Below, in pieces: positions 36,778 to 51,603 of a stretch of 64,000 bases of DNA. Every line of letters begins with the position of its first letter. Within the stretch, counting starts at the first letter, position 1. Source of the DNA: Mobula hypostoma (Eukaryota); NCBI RefSeq assembly GCF_963921235.1, contig NC_086109.1, positions 22,694,001 to 22,758,000 of the forward strand, given 5' to 3'. The position numbers and the translations under genes were made by a program. A model generated the notes under the pieces. The model was not told the origin of the DNA and did no database searches. It saw only the letters and a list, made by a program, of their open reading frames with translations.

Positions 36778-39724
36778 GAGATGTCACTCAGGTACTTGAG
36801 CTACATTGTCTTTTTTATTTGTGACTGTACGTTATTCGGCTGTTGTAACCATATGTGTATTTGTGCCATGTGCATTGTGCTGTGTGTTGTTAGTAATGTG
36901 TTTTGCACCCTGGCCCTGGAGGAATGGTGTTTCATTTGCTGTATTCACGTATGATTGAATGATAATTAAACTTGAACCTGAACTTTAAAAGTGTCTGTAT
37001 TGTTGTAGAGTCGACATTTTGAATACAGTTCTAAACAAATCACTCTGCTGTGGAATGACATGTTGTTGTCACGAGACTAGATATAGTGTACCATTTAAAT
37101 CAAGGGCCTCTGTTAGAAGTTAGTTTCTATTACAAATGCAGACATTTTATTCATAATTTTAATTTTGTTATAATTTAATTAATGTGAAATAAAAAATATA
37201 CAAAAGCATGAGTTGTCTGAATGGAGAGAGCAAGTGAAATAAATGTTTTTCAATGGTGGAAGGTTAGGTGACCAGGAACACAGGTAAAAGGCAACTGGTA
37301 AAACAACAGGAAGCTACCTCTTTACACAAGCTGTTGCAATCTGGAATCTGACTGTGCATGGAGATAGATTTTTTTAAAAAGTTGTACAAATATTCTAAGA
37401 CAAAAAATTACAAGGTAATAGGGAAACATCAAAGAATGGAATTAATGGGTGGCTTTATCAAAGAGAAACCATAGGGGATAAAAAGTATTCCTCCTGTTCA
37501 ATATATGTCATTATTCTCTAACCACAATTACAAAGCAAATGACTGTAAGTCATCCATCTGTGATATTGGCTTGGGTTAATCCCCTAAGCACAAAGTGCAC
37601 AATGACCTTCTACTTTCAACATCTCACGCTTCACCATCGCCCAATTAACAACTCAGCCCAAAACTCATCACAGTAATTCCCTTTGTCCTATCCATCCTAC
37701 TTCGACTTTCTTTGCAACCTAAAACTAACCTTTTTTTCCTCTTGCTTTCCCAGCTCTGAAGAAGTGTCTTCCATCTGGAAAGTGAAAACTATTTCTCTTC
37801 CCACAGACGCTTCTTGACTTGCTGAACATTTGCACTTTTTTCTGTTTTTGACCGAGATATTTGTTTGCTTCATGAAGAATGCAATAAAGAAGCAGGGGTC
37901 AGTTGTGTGCTCACTTCTCCTGCACCATTATTCAATCAGGCATGAGGCCAAAGATAATGAGGTGTGATCATCAGGACTTGCAAATCATAATACACTTTCC
38001 TTTGCTAGATCCTTCAATGAGGTGCTAGAAGAGGGAAACAGCTAAGTTGCAGGCCACTAGAAAGAGTGGGGCTATAAAGGACCACTGGATAGCGGGGTAA
38101 TAGAGGTGGAGGAAGTGGTTGGGCAGCGACACCAAGGGTTCAGGATTTTGAGGGTCAGGATAGCGATGGAGCTAGGATCCAGTGATGAAGGGGAGGTGAG
38201 CAGTGGTCAGATATGCATGTGAATTGGGTTCTACCAGAGGCGTATCTAGTGGGTAAGTTGGGGGAACCGATTCCACTGGCAACAAGGCAGAAACAATGGC
38301 GGGGTGGGGGGGGGGGGTGCAGGTTTAGTATAATTAGCTAATGGACCAGAGGAGAATCAGGCAAATATATTTTGTGCAAAGAATTATATTCTAATTGTCA
38401 CACTCAAATTAGAGTTAATATCAACTTTAAAAAGAATTTGAAAAATATCTTAATAAATTGAAAGGCCATGCCAAAATAGTTTAAGTAAGTAAGACAATAT
38501 GGATACTTTATTTCAGAGAAATAACACGAGAATAACGCCCCCCCTTCTGATTTCAACACTTCTTATGTTCCTTACTTTTGTGGCAATTGAAAGGCCATTT
38601 TACATAAGAGTCAACCAGACTGCTGAGTTTGGATAAGAATGGCAGATAACAGTTAACCAGATGAGATTTTCACAGCCATTACTGGGTCTAACATCTTAGT
38701 CCAGGTTTATTAAATCACTTGAATTTAAATTTCCCTGCTGGTATAATGAAATTTACACTTATTCTCTGCATCAAAGCTTTTGGACACTTGTGTTGTAGCT
38801 TCACCAGTCATGGCCCTGTACTCCTATAATGCACATGTTACAAAGCTGGGTTGTAATCAGGATAGGGCAATTCCTTGCATTTCAAAAATCAATCAAAACT
38901 GACAGGTAGGCCTTAGATCAATTAAAAAAGGAGAGAATTTTCTCCAATCTCTTTTCTCTGTTGATAAAAATGTAATTATTGTTCCTTGAATATAGGAATG
39001 CCATGGGGATAGTTCACTTTTACAATACCACATTAAAACAGTCTCTGTGTTTGTTGAGATGCTACTTGAGGACAAATAAGAAGTTCATTGTAAATGACAC
39101 TAAAGATGTATCCTTGTTTTCATCTGCCTATCTCAATTGAAATATTTCAGAACTGATTGATTTCAAAACTGTTCTGTAGTTCTTTGAAAATTAAACATTT
39201 GTTACAAGATCAAAATCCCTCAAGGCCTGTAATGATGTGATTTTCTCATTGATTACAGAGGCAGACTCTTGTTTCACAGTCTTGCTGTGATAGGAATTAG
39301 TCTGGGCTGGCTGATCAATACGTTGAAGTAATCCTAAATCCAAGTAATCATTATGTTACGGCTGGTCAGATTCTAAACAATTGCTCTTACAGAATTCACA
39401 ACTCACTCCTCAAAAATTTCAGATACAGAATAAAATTCACAATCACAAAATCTATGTGACGAAATTGAATGAGTAAGATTTCTTCTCCAACTTGTATTTC
39501 TTGGCGCAAGTTTGGATGATGCAGCTTTACACTACAGAAAATCGCAACACAGATCATAACAGAGGTCCCTCGTAATCTGTGAATTGAATGGTTATTTGTA
39601 GAATGACAGAAAATGAAATGAAGAAACACTTGAAGTTCAGTGGGATTAATGCACTCTGGGACTGCAGGAAGTGTTTCTGACAACTCTGGACCCCTTCCTT
39701 CTCCTTTCTTCCTTCTTCTCCAAC

Positions 39725-42700
39725 ATGCTGTTGGCATCTTCTGAATATGTTAGCTTCTCAAACAGTGCACAGCAAGCTGTTTGATCTGCTGGTCTATCCC
39801 GGGACACCGGACAAAGCTTCCAGCCAATGTTTCCATATTTCCATATAGCTCCTCCAAAGGGTTAGCTCTGAGCTTGGATGGTACAACTCTTAATCCTCAC
39901 ATAAGGCAACACCTGTCATGGCAAGCTCATCTTGGATCTGGTAAAATTAGGGGAATTGGAATTTCTGCTGCAGAGTCCTGCCATTTTGGGTTGCCATGTA
40001 GACCTGAGACAGTGTGGCGTCTTTTCTGATTTCCCTTTGGATCATCTCTGCTGTAATAGAAAGACTTTGAATATGCATGAGGGAGAATACGTCAAGAGGA
40101 GCGTCCTCTTTTGTAAATTTTTCAGGTATTTTCTTTTCCGAGGATAAATGGGACAATCCGATAGTATTTCCATGTTGTTCTCCTGAATTCAATCTTTTAA
40201 TTGTGTTCTCCAAGAAACAGAGTCCATCACTGCATTTGTGCTCTGCTGTTAGTAAAAAAAAAACACTTCTATAGATTGAAAATGAACACTAGTGGCTGAT
40301 TATCAGTAACTAGGGTGAAATTCTCTCCTATATAAGTACTAGTCATAACGGTTTGCACCCCAAACTAGATTCAAAGCCTCTCTGTCAATCCATGCATAAT
40401 TTTTCTCTGCAGTGGTAAGGGAACGTGATGTGAAGGCTATGGGACATTCACTTCCATCACTCAAAACATGTGACATGACCGCACCTATACCACAAGACAA
40501 GTGGTCACAGGCTATTGTCAATGGACGATATGGATCAAAATGTGTGAGTACAGTATCTGATGTCATCATTTCCTTTGCCTTTTGGAAAGCCACCTCGCAC
40601 TGCTTTGTCCACTGCCATTTCCTCCCGATCTGTCGTAATAAATTCAAGGGATAGAATGCAATAGCCTTGTTTGGCAGGAACCTGTAATAATAATTGACAA
40701 ATCCTGAAAAGGACTGCAACTATGACTTGTCCTTTGCCCTTGCTGTTATCCACTACTGCTTGGACTTTTTCAGCACTTTTGTGTAATGCTTGTGTGTGTC
40801 AAATGTGTGACCACAGTAAGCGACGTTTGGTTTAAAGAATTCACACTTGTTGCGTTGTGTTCTGAGCCTATAACCTTGTAAGCTTTTTAACACTGTCTTG
40901 AGATTTTGGAGATGTTCCTCGTCATCCTTACCGGAAACAATGATGTCATCCAGGTAACATTGAAAGCCTGGGCAGCCTTGCAGCACCTGATCCAGGTGTA
41001 GATGTTATTCCAAAAATAAGTCCGTTATAGCAATTAAGCCCTTTGTGAGTGTTGATGGTGAGAAACAGTTTGGACTCATTTTCCATCTCTGTCTGTAGCT
41101 AGACCTCAAATAAATCCACCTTGCTGAAGTGTTCCCTTCCAGAAAGGTTTGCAAATGTATTCTCTATCCTGGGAATAGGGTATTGATCTACGTTCAGTAC
41201 TGGTTTGATGGTGACCTTAAAATCACCACGGATCATGACAGACCCATTCTTTAGAACTACAAGTTCCACTAGTGTTGCCCATGGACTCTATACAACCTTG
41301 GAAAGAATTCCTTCAGCCTCCATGCAACCTAGCTTGCTGGCTAATTTATCATGGATGGTAACCAGATGGGCTTTGCCAAACTTAGGTGTGACATTTTCAT
41401 TTAACACAATTTTACCCTTGATATGTTTGAGTTTTTCAATGTAATTCTTGAACACTGCTGTGGCATTATCCAATACTTTTCTTATTCACTTTCAGTTGAC
41501 TCTGTTGTAGGGGATGTGTCATGCAAATGGTGGACAGAACTCCAGTCAAGTTGTAGTTGTCTCCACCAATTATGCCCCCACAATGCTGGCTCAATTTGGC
41601 TTGTTGGTTGTTGTATTTCACTGTAATGAATGTTATTTCCGCAGGAGTTACCTTCTTTCCAGTATAAGTTCTATTTTGGATATCTGCAAGCTTCAGTTCA
41701 GTATTTTTAAAATGCCTTTCAAACTCACTTTGTAGAATGATTGAAACAGCTGAGCCGGTGTCCAATTCCATTTTAATTAATTTGATGTTCACTTCTGCCG
41801 TAAGCCATATCGCTTGTCCTTGTTATATTTAACCTTCTAAATCATTATCATCAGATGTTTCATCAACAGCATGCAGACTAGTGCCCTTTTTGAAATTTCA
41901 AGTTGACTTTTTAATCTTTACCTCCTCCCTGTGCAGTCCATTTATTTTTGTCGGCCTGACGTGCTCTTTATATGTGTCCTACTTGATTGCATTTTTTGCT
42001 GCCACAATTGTAACACCATTTTTTTGCCCAGGCAGGGCTCTGTTTAGATGTCGCAATTTTGTTCATGCTAACTTTCATTCCTGACTGCACCTCAGCGGCA
42101 TCTCTGTCTGCTGTTTCCATTGGTACAGTGATTTCAACTGCTCTTTTAAGTATGAGCTGTGCTTCAGTCAGGATGCTTTTAAATGCTTTCTTGTAAGATT
42201 ACACAAACTAAGCAATCTCTGCATCATTAAGCCCATCACTGAACTGACAACTTCTTCAATTCAGCCACATATGCTGAAATGGACACCCCTTCCTTTTGAT
42301 TCCGCTTATGAAACCTAAAGCATTCTGGAATCAACAGAGGTTTCAGAACCAGGTATTCCTGCTTTACTTTCACAATATCAGAAAAGTTCATTTCAGCTGG
42401 TTTAGTTGGTGCAGTTAAACTTCTAAGCAAACTTCATGCTCTTCTACCAAGTACACTCAGCAAAACTGGCACTCACATTGCACTGGTTTCAAAATCCTAC
42501 TCAGTTTGCTCAGTATACAATATCCAGTTATCACTTGTGCAATCAAACATGTCTATCTTTTTGAAGCAGCCAGTCATTTCTGCTTTTTTAAATTTTTGAT
42601 TATTATCAACTGTTATTTACTATTTATGAACCCATGAATTTTGTCTGTTTTCTACTTTTTTTAACTCGATCGTCTCTGTCTTTTCCTGAAGTAGCACGTG

Positions 42701-43007
42701 CTGCTTTATTTTTAAACTCAAATATTGTCTTCGGTTTGTTTAAAGCTTCCTCATCACCACTGTTATGTTCTTGTATCTCAAATCATAAAACTAATTCAAA
42801 GGAAAACACAGAGCCAGGACTTGAATGCCTTAGTTTTGTTTTTATTTTAGTGAGGCATGCACTTATGACTTGATGGTGTGCTGACGATGCCAGTCACATA
42901 TTTTTACATATAACCCATAATGAATTATTTAAATAAATAAGAATACTTAATCAAGCAATATATTTACAATATTACTCAAATATTATTGAAATATTAAATA
43001 CACAATA
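39725..43007 (-). mobile_element. Gypsy LTR retrotransposon, 3'-truncated in integrase
   Basis: 5' LTR 43007-42761; decayed PBS tggtgatgagg; gag ECFRFHKRNQKEG.SISAYVAELKKL; protease MELDTGSAVSI; RT YLDDIIVSG; RNase H IACD..CGIGAVMSH; many stops and frameshifts. Confidence 0.9.
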
Positions 43008-43314
43008 TTCCTTGTAATTGAGATCCTGAAATCCCTTGCAAATTTTCCTTGCACTCTTTCAAGTTTATAGATATCTTTCCTGTTAATAGGTGACTAATAG
43101 ACTTCACCAATATCTTACACAACTTCATCAACACATCCCAATTCCTGTGGTCAATGCCCTGAGTCATTGCTGAATACATTCCAGTATGTTGCTGCCTTTC
43201 CGCAGGATATCTTTTCTTGTATCGTATTTAGATTGTGCCATAAAAATAAATCTTTTTGGGAGAGGAGTCAACTGAAATTACAAAACACATGATGAACTAA
43301 TAACTGGCAAACCA

Positions 43315-43512
43315 ACATAAATGATAGCAGGAGGAACTCAGCAGGTCAGGAGACATCTATGGAGAGGAATAACCAGTCAATGTTTTAATCCGAGACCCTT
43401 CATCAGGGCTTGAAATATTGACTGTTTATCTATTGTCTGACCTGCTAAGTTCCTTCAGCATTTAGCATGTGTGGCTCTGGATTTCCAGTATCCACAGAAT
43501 CTCTTCTGTTTA
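43315..43512. mobile_element. Inverted, head-to-head pair of Penelope terminal repeats
   Basis: ggaactcagcaggtcag...cagtcaatgttt on one arm and aatattgactgtt...ctgacctgctaagttcc on the other. Confidence 0.7.
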
Positions 43513-43659
43513 TAAATGAAAGATGGTGTGTGGAGGAAATCTGACATCCTGTTCACTTTGCAGAATCTCAGTGATAAAAAAAACTGTTAAAAAAATTTAA
43601 TATAGCATCTCAATGAATTCAAAGCATCTCCCATACATTCCTACTCTGTAATAGATCAA

Positions 43660-43970
43660 ATTTCAAAGTATTTCAATTTATTATCAAAGTATGTATATGT
43701 CACCATATACCACCCTGAGATTTATTTTCTTGCAGGCATTCACAGTAGAGCAAAGAAATACAATAGAATCGATAAAAAACAACACGCAAAGACTGACTAG
43801 CAAGCAATGTGCAAACTGTTTATATACTTAAAAACAAACAAACCAATAAATAAATAAATGGCTAGATAGATAAATAAATAATGCTGACAGCATGAGCAGT
43901 AGATCCTTGAAAGTGAGTCTGTCGATTGTGCTCAGTTATCAGTTCAGTGTTGAGGCGAATGAAGTAATTT
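43660..43970 (-). mobile_element. Rex1-like 3' UTR
   Basis: atttattatcaaagtatgtatatgtcaccatatac...ccctgagat. Confidence 0.75.
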
Positions 43971-44559
43971 GAATGGTTAAATTCCTCCCCCATTTATTCC
44001 CATTGTGTAGAATCCTCATGGGACTCTTTTTTCCTTTAATTCCCTTTGTTCTTTTCCAATAACTTCTGAAGAAACACTTGACAGTCTACCATTTCCCTCC
44101 TCTTGGCAGCTACTTTCCCCTTTAGAATGAGCATCAATGATATGATTCTGTTTGGGTTCAATGTGCTGTTGGCACCATTAAGAAACTGTTTTGGACCATC
44201 TTCATTGAACAACAATCATGGAATGAGACCTAGATCAGGTTATATGATTTAATTATCTTACCTTCTTTAGGATGTAAAATTCTGTTGACTTGCCAATATC
44301 ATTAAAGATCCTGGACCAGTGATGACGCATCTGGAAGAACATCCACGCTAAACCAAAAGGCCACCTGCACAATCATCCGTGCGTTCGCCAAAGCGAGAGA
44401 AAAAAAAGTTGGCACGATATCTACTAAATGGATCTCACTTGAAAGTGAGATCCTCTTCAAAGGGAAGCACATGGCCTTTGAATCCAAAAATAGCACTACA
44501 AGAAAGGAAACAAACCCCAGCCAGCTGGCAGTTTTCTCACTTGGAAGCCTCTGTAATAT

Positions 44560-44840
44560 AGAACATAGAACATAGAACATTACAGCAGTTCAGGCACTTC
44601 AGACCATGATGCTGTGCCAGCCTTTTAACTTACTCTACAACAATCCAATGCTTCCCTCTGTAGTCTTCCATTTTTCTGTCATCCATGTGCCAATCTAAGA
44701 GTTTTTACAATGTTCCTAATCTGCCTTTACCATTGTCCCTGGTAGGGCATTTCACACACTCACCACTCTGTGTGAAAAGCTATCCCTGACATTCCCCCTA
44801 CACTTTACCTCAATTATGCCCTCTCATATCAGATATTACT
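44560..44840 (-). mobile_element. CR1 3' end
   Basis: (agaacat)n tail; cacactcaccactctgtgtgaaaa. Confidence 0.75.
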
Positions 44841-45944
44841 ACCTGCAGCTGGATCCATTGAAATCTGAGTATTCTCAGAACTAGAAATCATCCTAGAATC
44901 AAAGAGCGTGAAACTGTCAATTTAACTAGTTCCCAAATCCAGATTTCAGTATAATAGAAGTCATTTTTCAAATTACCTTCAATGCAAACAAAACAATTAA
45001 GCCACAGTTGTTTCATTTGCAATTATTAAAATGTTTGGAAAATAATTGCTTCATATGCAAAAATTACTGTTTTCTTTGAGTGCTTTCTGTTGTTTGCGGT
45101 TAGGATGAATCTCTCAATGCATGAATAATAGTGTGCAATACAAAGATTTACAAATTGGCTATTCTAGCAAGGAATCTGCCACATATTCTGAGTCAACTGG
45201 AGGCTTTCTTGGCAGCCGGTATACAACCCCACTGTGAGTCCTCAAATACTGAGCAGACTATGCTAACTCTCTCTCTCCTGCTGGTATCCCCACCTTGTGA
45301 GAACTTGGAAATGTAGACTATTCCTCTTGTGTGCCAGAGAATAGAAGAGGGAGTGGCTTTAATTTGAAAGATAATGATGCATCAGGTACTGAGAGACAGG
45401 AAATTTAAATGCATTCAGGGCCTGCCCACAGTCGTGGATCATTTAGCAATGGAAACTTTTGACTCCAGTTTGCTCCATCCTGCACCCTACAGAGAAATAA
45501 AGAGCTCACTTAACTGAAGTAAAGCAGTGGGATTGGTGCCAGTTCCAGGAAGCATTATCAATACCTAATATTCTGTCAGATAGCCAGCTATCATATAACT
45601 AAAGGTTCCATTAGCTGATTCTGAAGAAACCATTTGGACGCAACTGCATTCTGCTGACACGCCAATCACTGGCACTTAGTGAAATTGTCTGTGTCTCTCA
45701 TGGATGGGTGAACTAAAGTTTATACTGTTTATGTACCTCCCCTCTGAGTGGAAAACATTGACCAAGGCTCACAAAGCAGTACAACTTTGAATTTGTGTAG
45801 TGGTATATGGTACTTACAAATACTAATCTGCTGTATCATTTAATACATGGTTCCCATTATTTTAAAATATTATTCACATGCAACTTTAATATTTGACCTT
45901 GATCACCACCACCCTAATAATCACTAGGAGGATTCATTCCCTTG

Positions 45945-46255
45945 TGTATGCCAAGGTTTTATAAGGCATTGGTCAGACCTCATTTGGAGCATTGTGAGCA
46001 GTTTTGGGCCCCATCTGTGAGAAAGGGTGTGCTGGCATTGAAGTGGGTCAAGAGGAGTTTACGAGGATGGTCCCGGGGATGAAGGAGCTAATATTTGAGG
46101 AGCGTTTGATGGGCTGTACTTGCTGGAGTTTAGAAGGAGGAAGGGGGATCGCTCAGAAACCTATCACATGTTGAAAGGCCTAGAAAGAGTAGAAGAGTCT
46201 AGGACCAGAGGGCACAGCCTCAGAATAGAAGGATGCACCTTTAGAAAAAAGATGA
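45945..46255 (+). mobile_element. CR1 ORF2 C-terminal fragment
   Basis: YKALVRPHLEHCEQFWAP. Confidence 0.8.
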
Positions 46256-46699
46256 ACCTAACACATTAGCTTAGACATTTTTTGCTGTATTTTCTCTCTC
46301 ACTGCCTGATATAGCAAATTGGCCCCGATCGTCAATTGGATCCCAAACAATACATTGAAATTTTTTACCCAATGACTTTTCTCAACTATAGTTCCAATCC
46401 CACCATTCCAAAAATTGCTGCCAGCTTAATGTTTTGCAGGCCTCTTCATATAAGGTTCCACAATGCATGCTGAGTTCCTTCAAAAGGTGAAGGTCAGCCA
46501 GTATGGCCTGATATGATGTTCCAATGAGGAATTGATCAATACAATCAGTAGAAACAGGTGGGGAGTTAGCAGTAATTGTGCTACAACTGCACAATTACTT
46601 CCACCCTTCTTCAACATCCTATAATGGCTAATTCATTTTAGCCTGAACTTCAGGTTCAAGCAAATTAATATCCCAGTCAAATTTGCTAGTACTCTCTCT

Positions 46700-46960
46700 T
46701 GTTAAAATTGGCATTATGGGAGCTGCAAAGAAAAGAGTCACCAGGACTGTCACAGAGACAGCTGAGCAAGCCTCCAGATGGCTATGGATCACGACGTGTG
46801 ACCCAAGGACCAGTGCTGGTGGGACACAAGCCAGGACTTGATCAACCCTGGCTGGGTCGCATGGATAAGGATGTCTGATATTGAAAGACCCGAAACACCC
46901 AATGACCCCAGATTACATCCTAGGATATATCCCCACATCAGTATAATAATATGTTTTTTT
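46700..46960 (+). mobile_element. HERO-like (RLE-type non-LTR) 3' end
   Basis: GIMGAAKKRVTRTVTETAEQASRWLWI plus UTR gggacacaagcc..tgatcaaccc.ggctgggtcgc...gaaacacccaatgacccc, recalled from fish HERO elements. Confidence 0.6.
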
Positions 46961-47184
46961 CTCCAAGATTTTCTTAATGATTAAAGGTACAGTTTGTATG
47001 ATACTCAACAGACAAAATATTGGTCAAATTAAGAACACCAGAAAGAAAAAAAAATTATTGCATCTACCCTCATGCCAGCTATACCATTTGGTAAGATCAT
47101 GGCTGAGTTTTTACCTCAGCTGTGCTCTCCTGGACTAATCCCACATCTTTTACGCCACATAACATCAAAATCTCTTTAAAAATG

Positions 47185-47830
47185 CAAAACATAGAGCAGT
47201 ACAGCCAATACAAGCTCTTCAGCCCACGACATTGTGCTAACCTTTCAACCTACTCCAAGATCAATCTAACCCTTCCCTCCCACATAACCCTCCATTTTTA
47301 TTTCATCCATCTACCTATCCAACAGTCTACGTAACGTCTCTAATATTTCTCCCTCTGCCACCTCCACTGGCAGGGGAATCCACACATCCACCACTCTCTG
47401 TGTAAAAATTCTACCCCTGACATCCCCATATATTTTCCTCCAATTACCTTAAAACTATGCTCTCTTGTATTACCCTTTTCCACCCTGGGAACAAAGGCAC
47501 TGGCTGTTCGCTCCATCTATGTCTCTTATCGTCTCATGCACCTCTATCAAGTCATCTTTCATCATACTTCATTCCAAAGAGAAAAGCCCTCGCTTGCTCA
47601 ACCTTTCCTCAAAAAACATGCATTCTAATCCAGGCAGCATTCTGCTACATCTCATCTGCACGCTCACATCCTGGCGACCAGACTGAACACCATACTCCAA
47701 AATGTCTTTTAACCAGCACTTTAGTCTCCATGGTTTTCCAGAGTAGAGAATTTAAAAGATTCACTAACCTCTAGTTGAAGAAATTTCTCCTCACCTATCC
47801 TGAATTGGCTGAACCCTCATTTTGAGGCCG
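47185..47830 (-). mobile_element. CR1 3' fragment(s)
   Basis: ccaccactctctgtgtaaaaa and ctctaatccaggcagcat-type motifs. Confidence 0.75.
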
Positions 47831-47944
47831 TGACTCGACTGCTAGGCACCTCAGCATGGGGAAGCATTTCTTCTGCATGTATGTATCTTGCGGCAAACAT
47901 GGAAGAATTGAGAAAAGAAATTACATTTTTACAACTGAGAGGGT

Positions 47945-48400
47945 GCAAATAAGTATAGTCAAGATAGCTGTGAGAGTCAGCAGGCTTATAAAAGATATCA
48001 GTAGACAGTCTGTCTCCAGAGATGGAGACAGGGCGATCACAAAGGTGTCAGGGATGGACCAAGTGAATTTATGGTTAAGGTGGAAGTTGCAGACAAAGTT
48101 AATGAAGTTGACGAACTCAGCATGGATGCACGAAGCAGCACCTATGCAATATAGCTCCGAAAAAGTTGGGGAGCGTTACCAGTGAAGGCTTGGAACATGG
48201 ACTCTTCCATGTAGCTGACAAATACACAGGCATAACTGGGGCCCAAGCGAGCGCCCATGATTATGCTTTGGGTTTAGAGAAAGCGGGGGGAGCCCAAAGA
48301 GAAATTGTTGAGTTTGAGGGTCAGTTCCACTAGACAGAGGAGGGTGATGGTGGAGGGAACCTGGTTAGGTCTTTTGTCCAGTAGGAAGCGGAGGGCTTTT
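47945..48400 (-). mobile_element. Penelope reverse transcriptase fragment
   Basis: Reverse strand: ELTLKLNNFS, MGARLGPSYACVF, FINFVCNFH, SISGDRLSTDIFYKPADSHSYLDY. Confidence 0.8.
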
Positions 48401-48469
48401 TGTTGTATAGATACTTGTTTTCTCATAATGCAGTTATTTCACTGAGTGACCAAATAAACTGATTTATTT

Positions 48470-48745
48470 CGAGATACGGTGCAGAACAGGCCTTTCCGGC
48501 CCATTGAGCTGCAACAATCCCAGCATCCCACCTAGCCTAACCACAGGACCACAGGACAACTTACAATGACCGGCACAGTCTTTGGAATGTGGGAGGAAAC
48601 TGGAGCACCTGGAGGAAACTCAAATGGTCACAGGGAGAATGTACAAACTCTAAATTCCTTGCACTTGGTGCTGGAGTTGAACTCTAACTCCAAATGCTCT
48701 GAGCTGTAATAGCATCATGCTAACCACTACACTACAGAAGTACCC
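48470..48745 (-). mobile_element. V-SINE
   Basis: ctttggaatgtgggaggaaactggagcacctggaggaaac...gggagaatgtacaaactc; further copies near 52550-52800, 53806-54015 and 60370-60590. Confidence 0.75.
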
Positions 48746-48905
48746 CTTATTTATTCCATACTGAAGCTCACTCCCAATACTTGCAATGCCATAGAAAAAC
48801 TACCTGAATTAAGTCCAGCTTACTTATGAATATGCATAACACTGGAGTAATTTTATGTATTGCACTGTACTGCTGCCACAAAATAAAAACAAATTTCATG
48901 ACATA

Positions 48906-50537
<1,632 letters not shown>

Positions 50538-50850
50538 TATGTTAAACTTAATTCTGATATGGACTGAGAATGGGAAGTGGGCAGGGAGAGGGGAATCATA
50601 GTTGGGAAAAGGGGAAGGGAGAGGGGAGGGAGCGGGAAGCATCAGCGAGACATTCTGTAATGATCAATAAACCAATTGTTTGGAACCAAGTGACCTTGCC
50701 TAGTGTATCAGGGCTGGGTGAGTCTGCATCTGCGCCAATCCTGCCCCTGTACTCCTTCTCTGCCACCTCTCCCATGGCGCTCCACCTTCGTCATTCCCAA
50801 CATTCTTCACTAGATTTACAAACTCACTCTCCGTTCCACGTGAACAAATA

Positions 50851-50922
50851 CAGAACTGTGCAAAAGTCTTGGGCGCCCTAGCTGAATATACAGTAGGTGC
50901 ATAAAACTTTTGCACAGTACTG
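50851..50922. mobile_element. 72-bp Tc1-type MITE
   Basis: TA-cagaactgtgcaaaagtctt...aaaacttttgcacagtactg-TA. Confidence 0.8.
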
Positions 50923-51011
50923 TATATATATGACTACAGATCAATATGTTACATTATAGAGTTGAGGTGCCTTCTATATTGAATTGGAGTTTATAGCTAA
51001 GCAGAGAGGAC

Positions 51012-51227
51012 TATTGTGTATTTAATAGTTGAGTGATATTCTTTGATTAAGCATTCTTGTTCATTTAAGTAATTCACTATGGGCAATATGTATTGGCATA
51101 CGTCATCACATTGCCACGTCATAAGTGAGTGCTTTGCTAAAGCAGAAACAAAATTAAGGCTCACATCTCCTGAATCTGTGTTTTTCTTTCAACTAGTTTT
51201 ATATTTTAGAGTTACAAAAACAGAACA
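51012..51227 (+). mobile_element. Gypsy solo LTR
   Basis: tattgtgtatttaata...gagttacaaaaacagaaca; homologous to 43007-42761; no clean TSD. Confidence 0.75.
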
Positions 51228-51603
51228 CGGAAAAGGTGAATAGTTTGGACTTCAGTCACTGGTGTGCAGGAGAATGAAGGGAGCTCTTACAGAGGTATAC
51301 AAAATGATGATGGGTATAGTTAGCGTGAATGTTTATAGGCCTTTTCCCCTTGGGTTAGGTGAGACAAGAACTGGAGGTCATACAGTAGGGTTGTGCCAAT
51401 GTGGAATGAACTGCCAGCAGAAGTGGTAGATGTAAGTTCAATTGTAACCCTTAAGTGAAAATTGGATAGGCATAAGGATGAGAGAGGTATGGAGGGCTAT
51501 GGTCCAGGTGCAGGTAAACCAGGCTAGCATGGACTAAGCAGATCAGGCCAGCGTAGACTAGATGGGTGGAAGATGTACTGTGGTGCTCTCTGACTCTGTG
51601 ACT
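51228..51603 (+). mobile_element. CR1 3' fragment
   Basis: aggagaatgaagggag...gtggaatgaactgccagcagaagtggt plus 3' UTR. Confidence 0.8.

Noticed and set aside
38299..38320. G-run as a functional G-quadruplex
   Set aside because: It is a simple homopolymer tract with no supporting context.
46865..46905. gtctgata...gacccgaaacaccc as a hammerhead ribozyme
   Set aside because: There is no room for stem I between GUC and the CUGA box, and the core is not CUGANGA; more likely a 3' UTR stem-loop.
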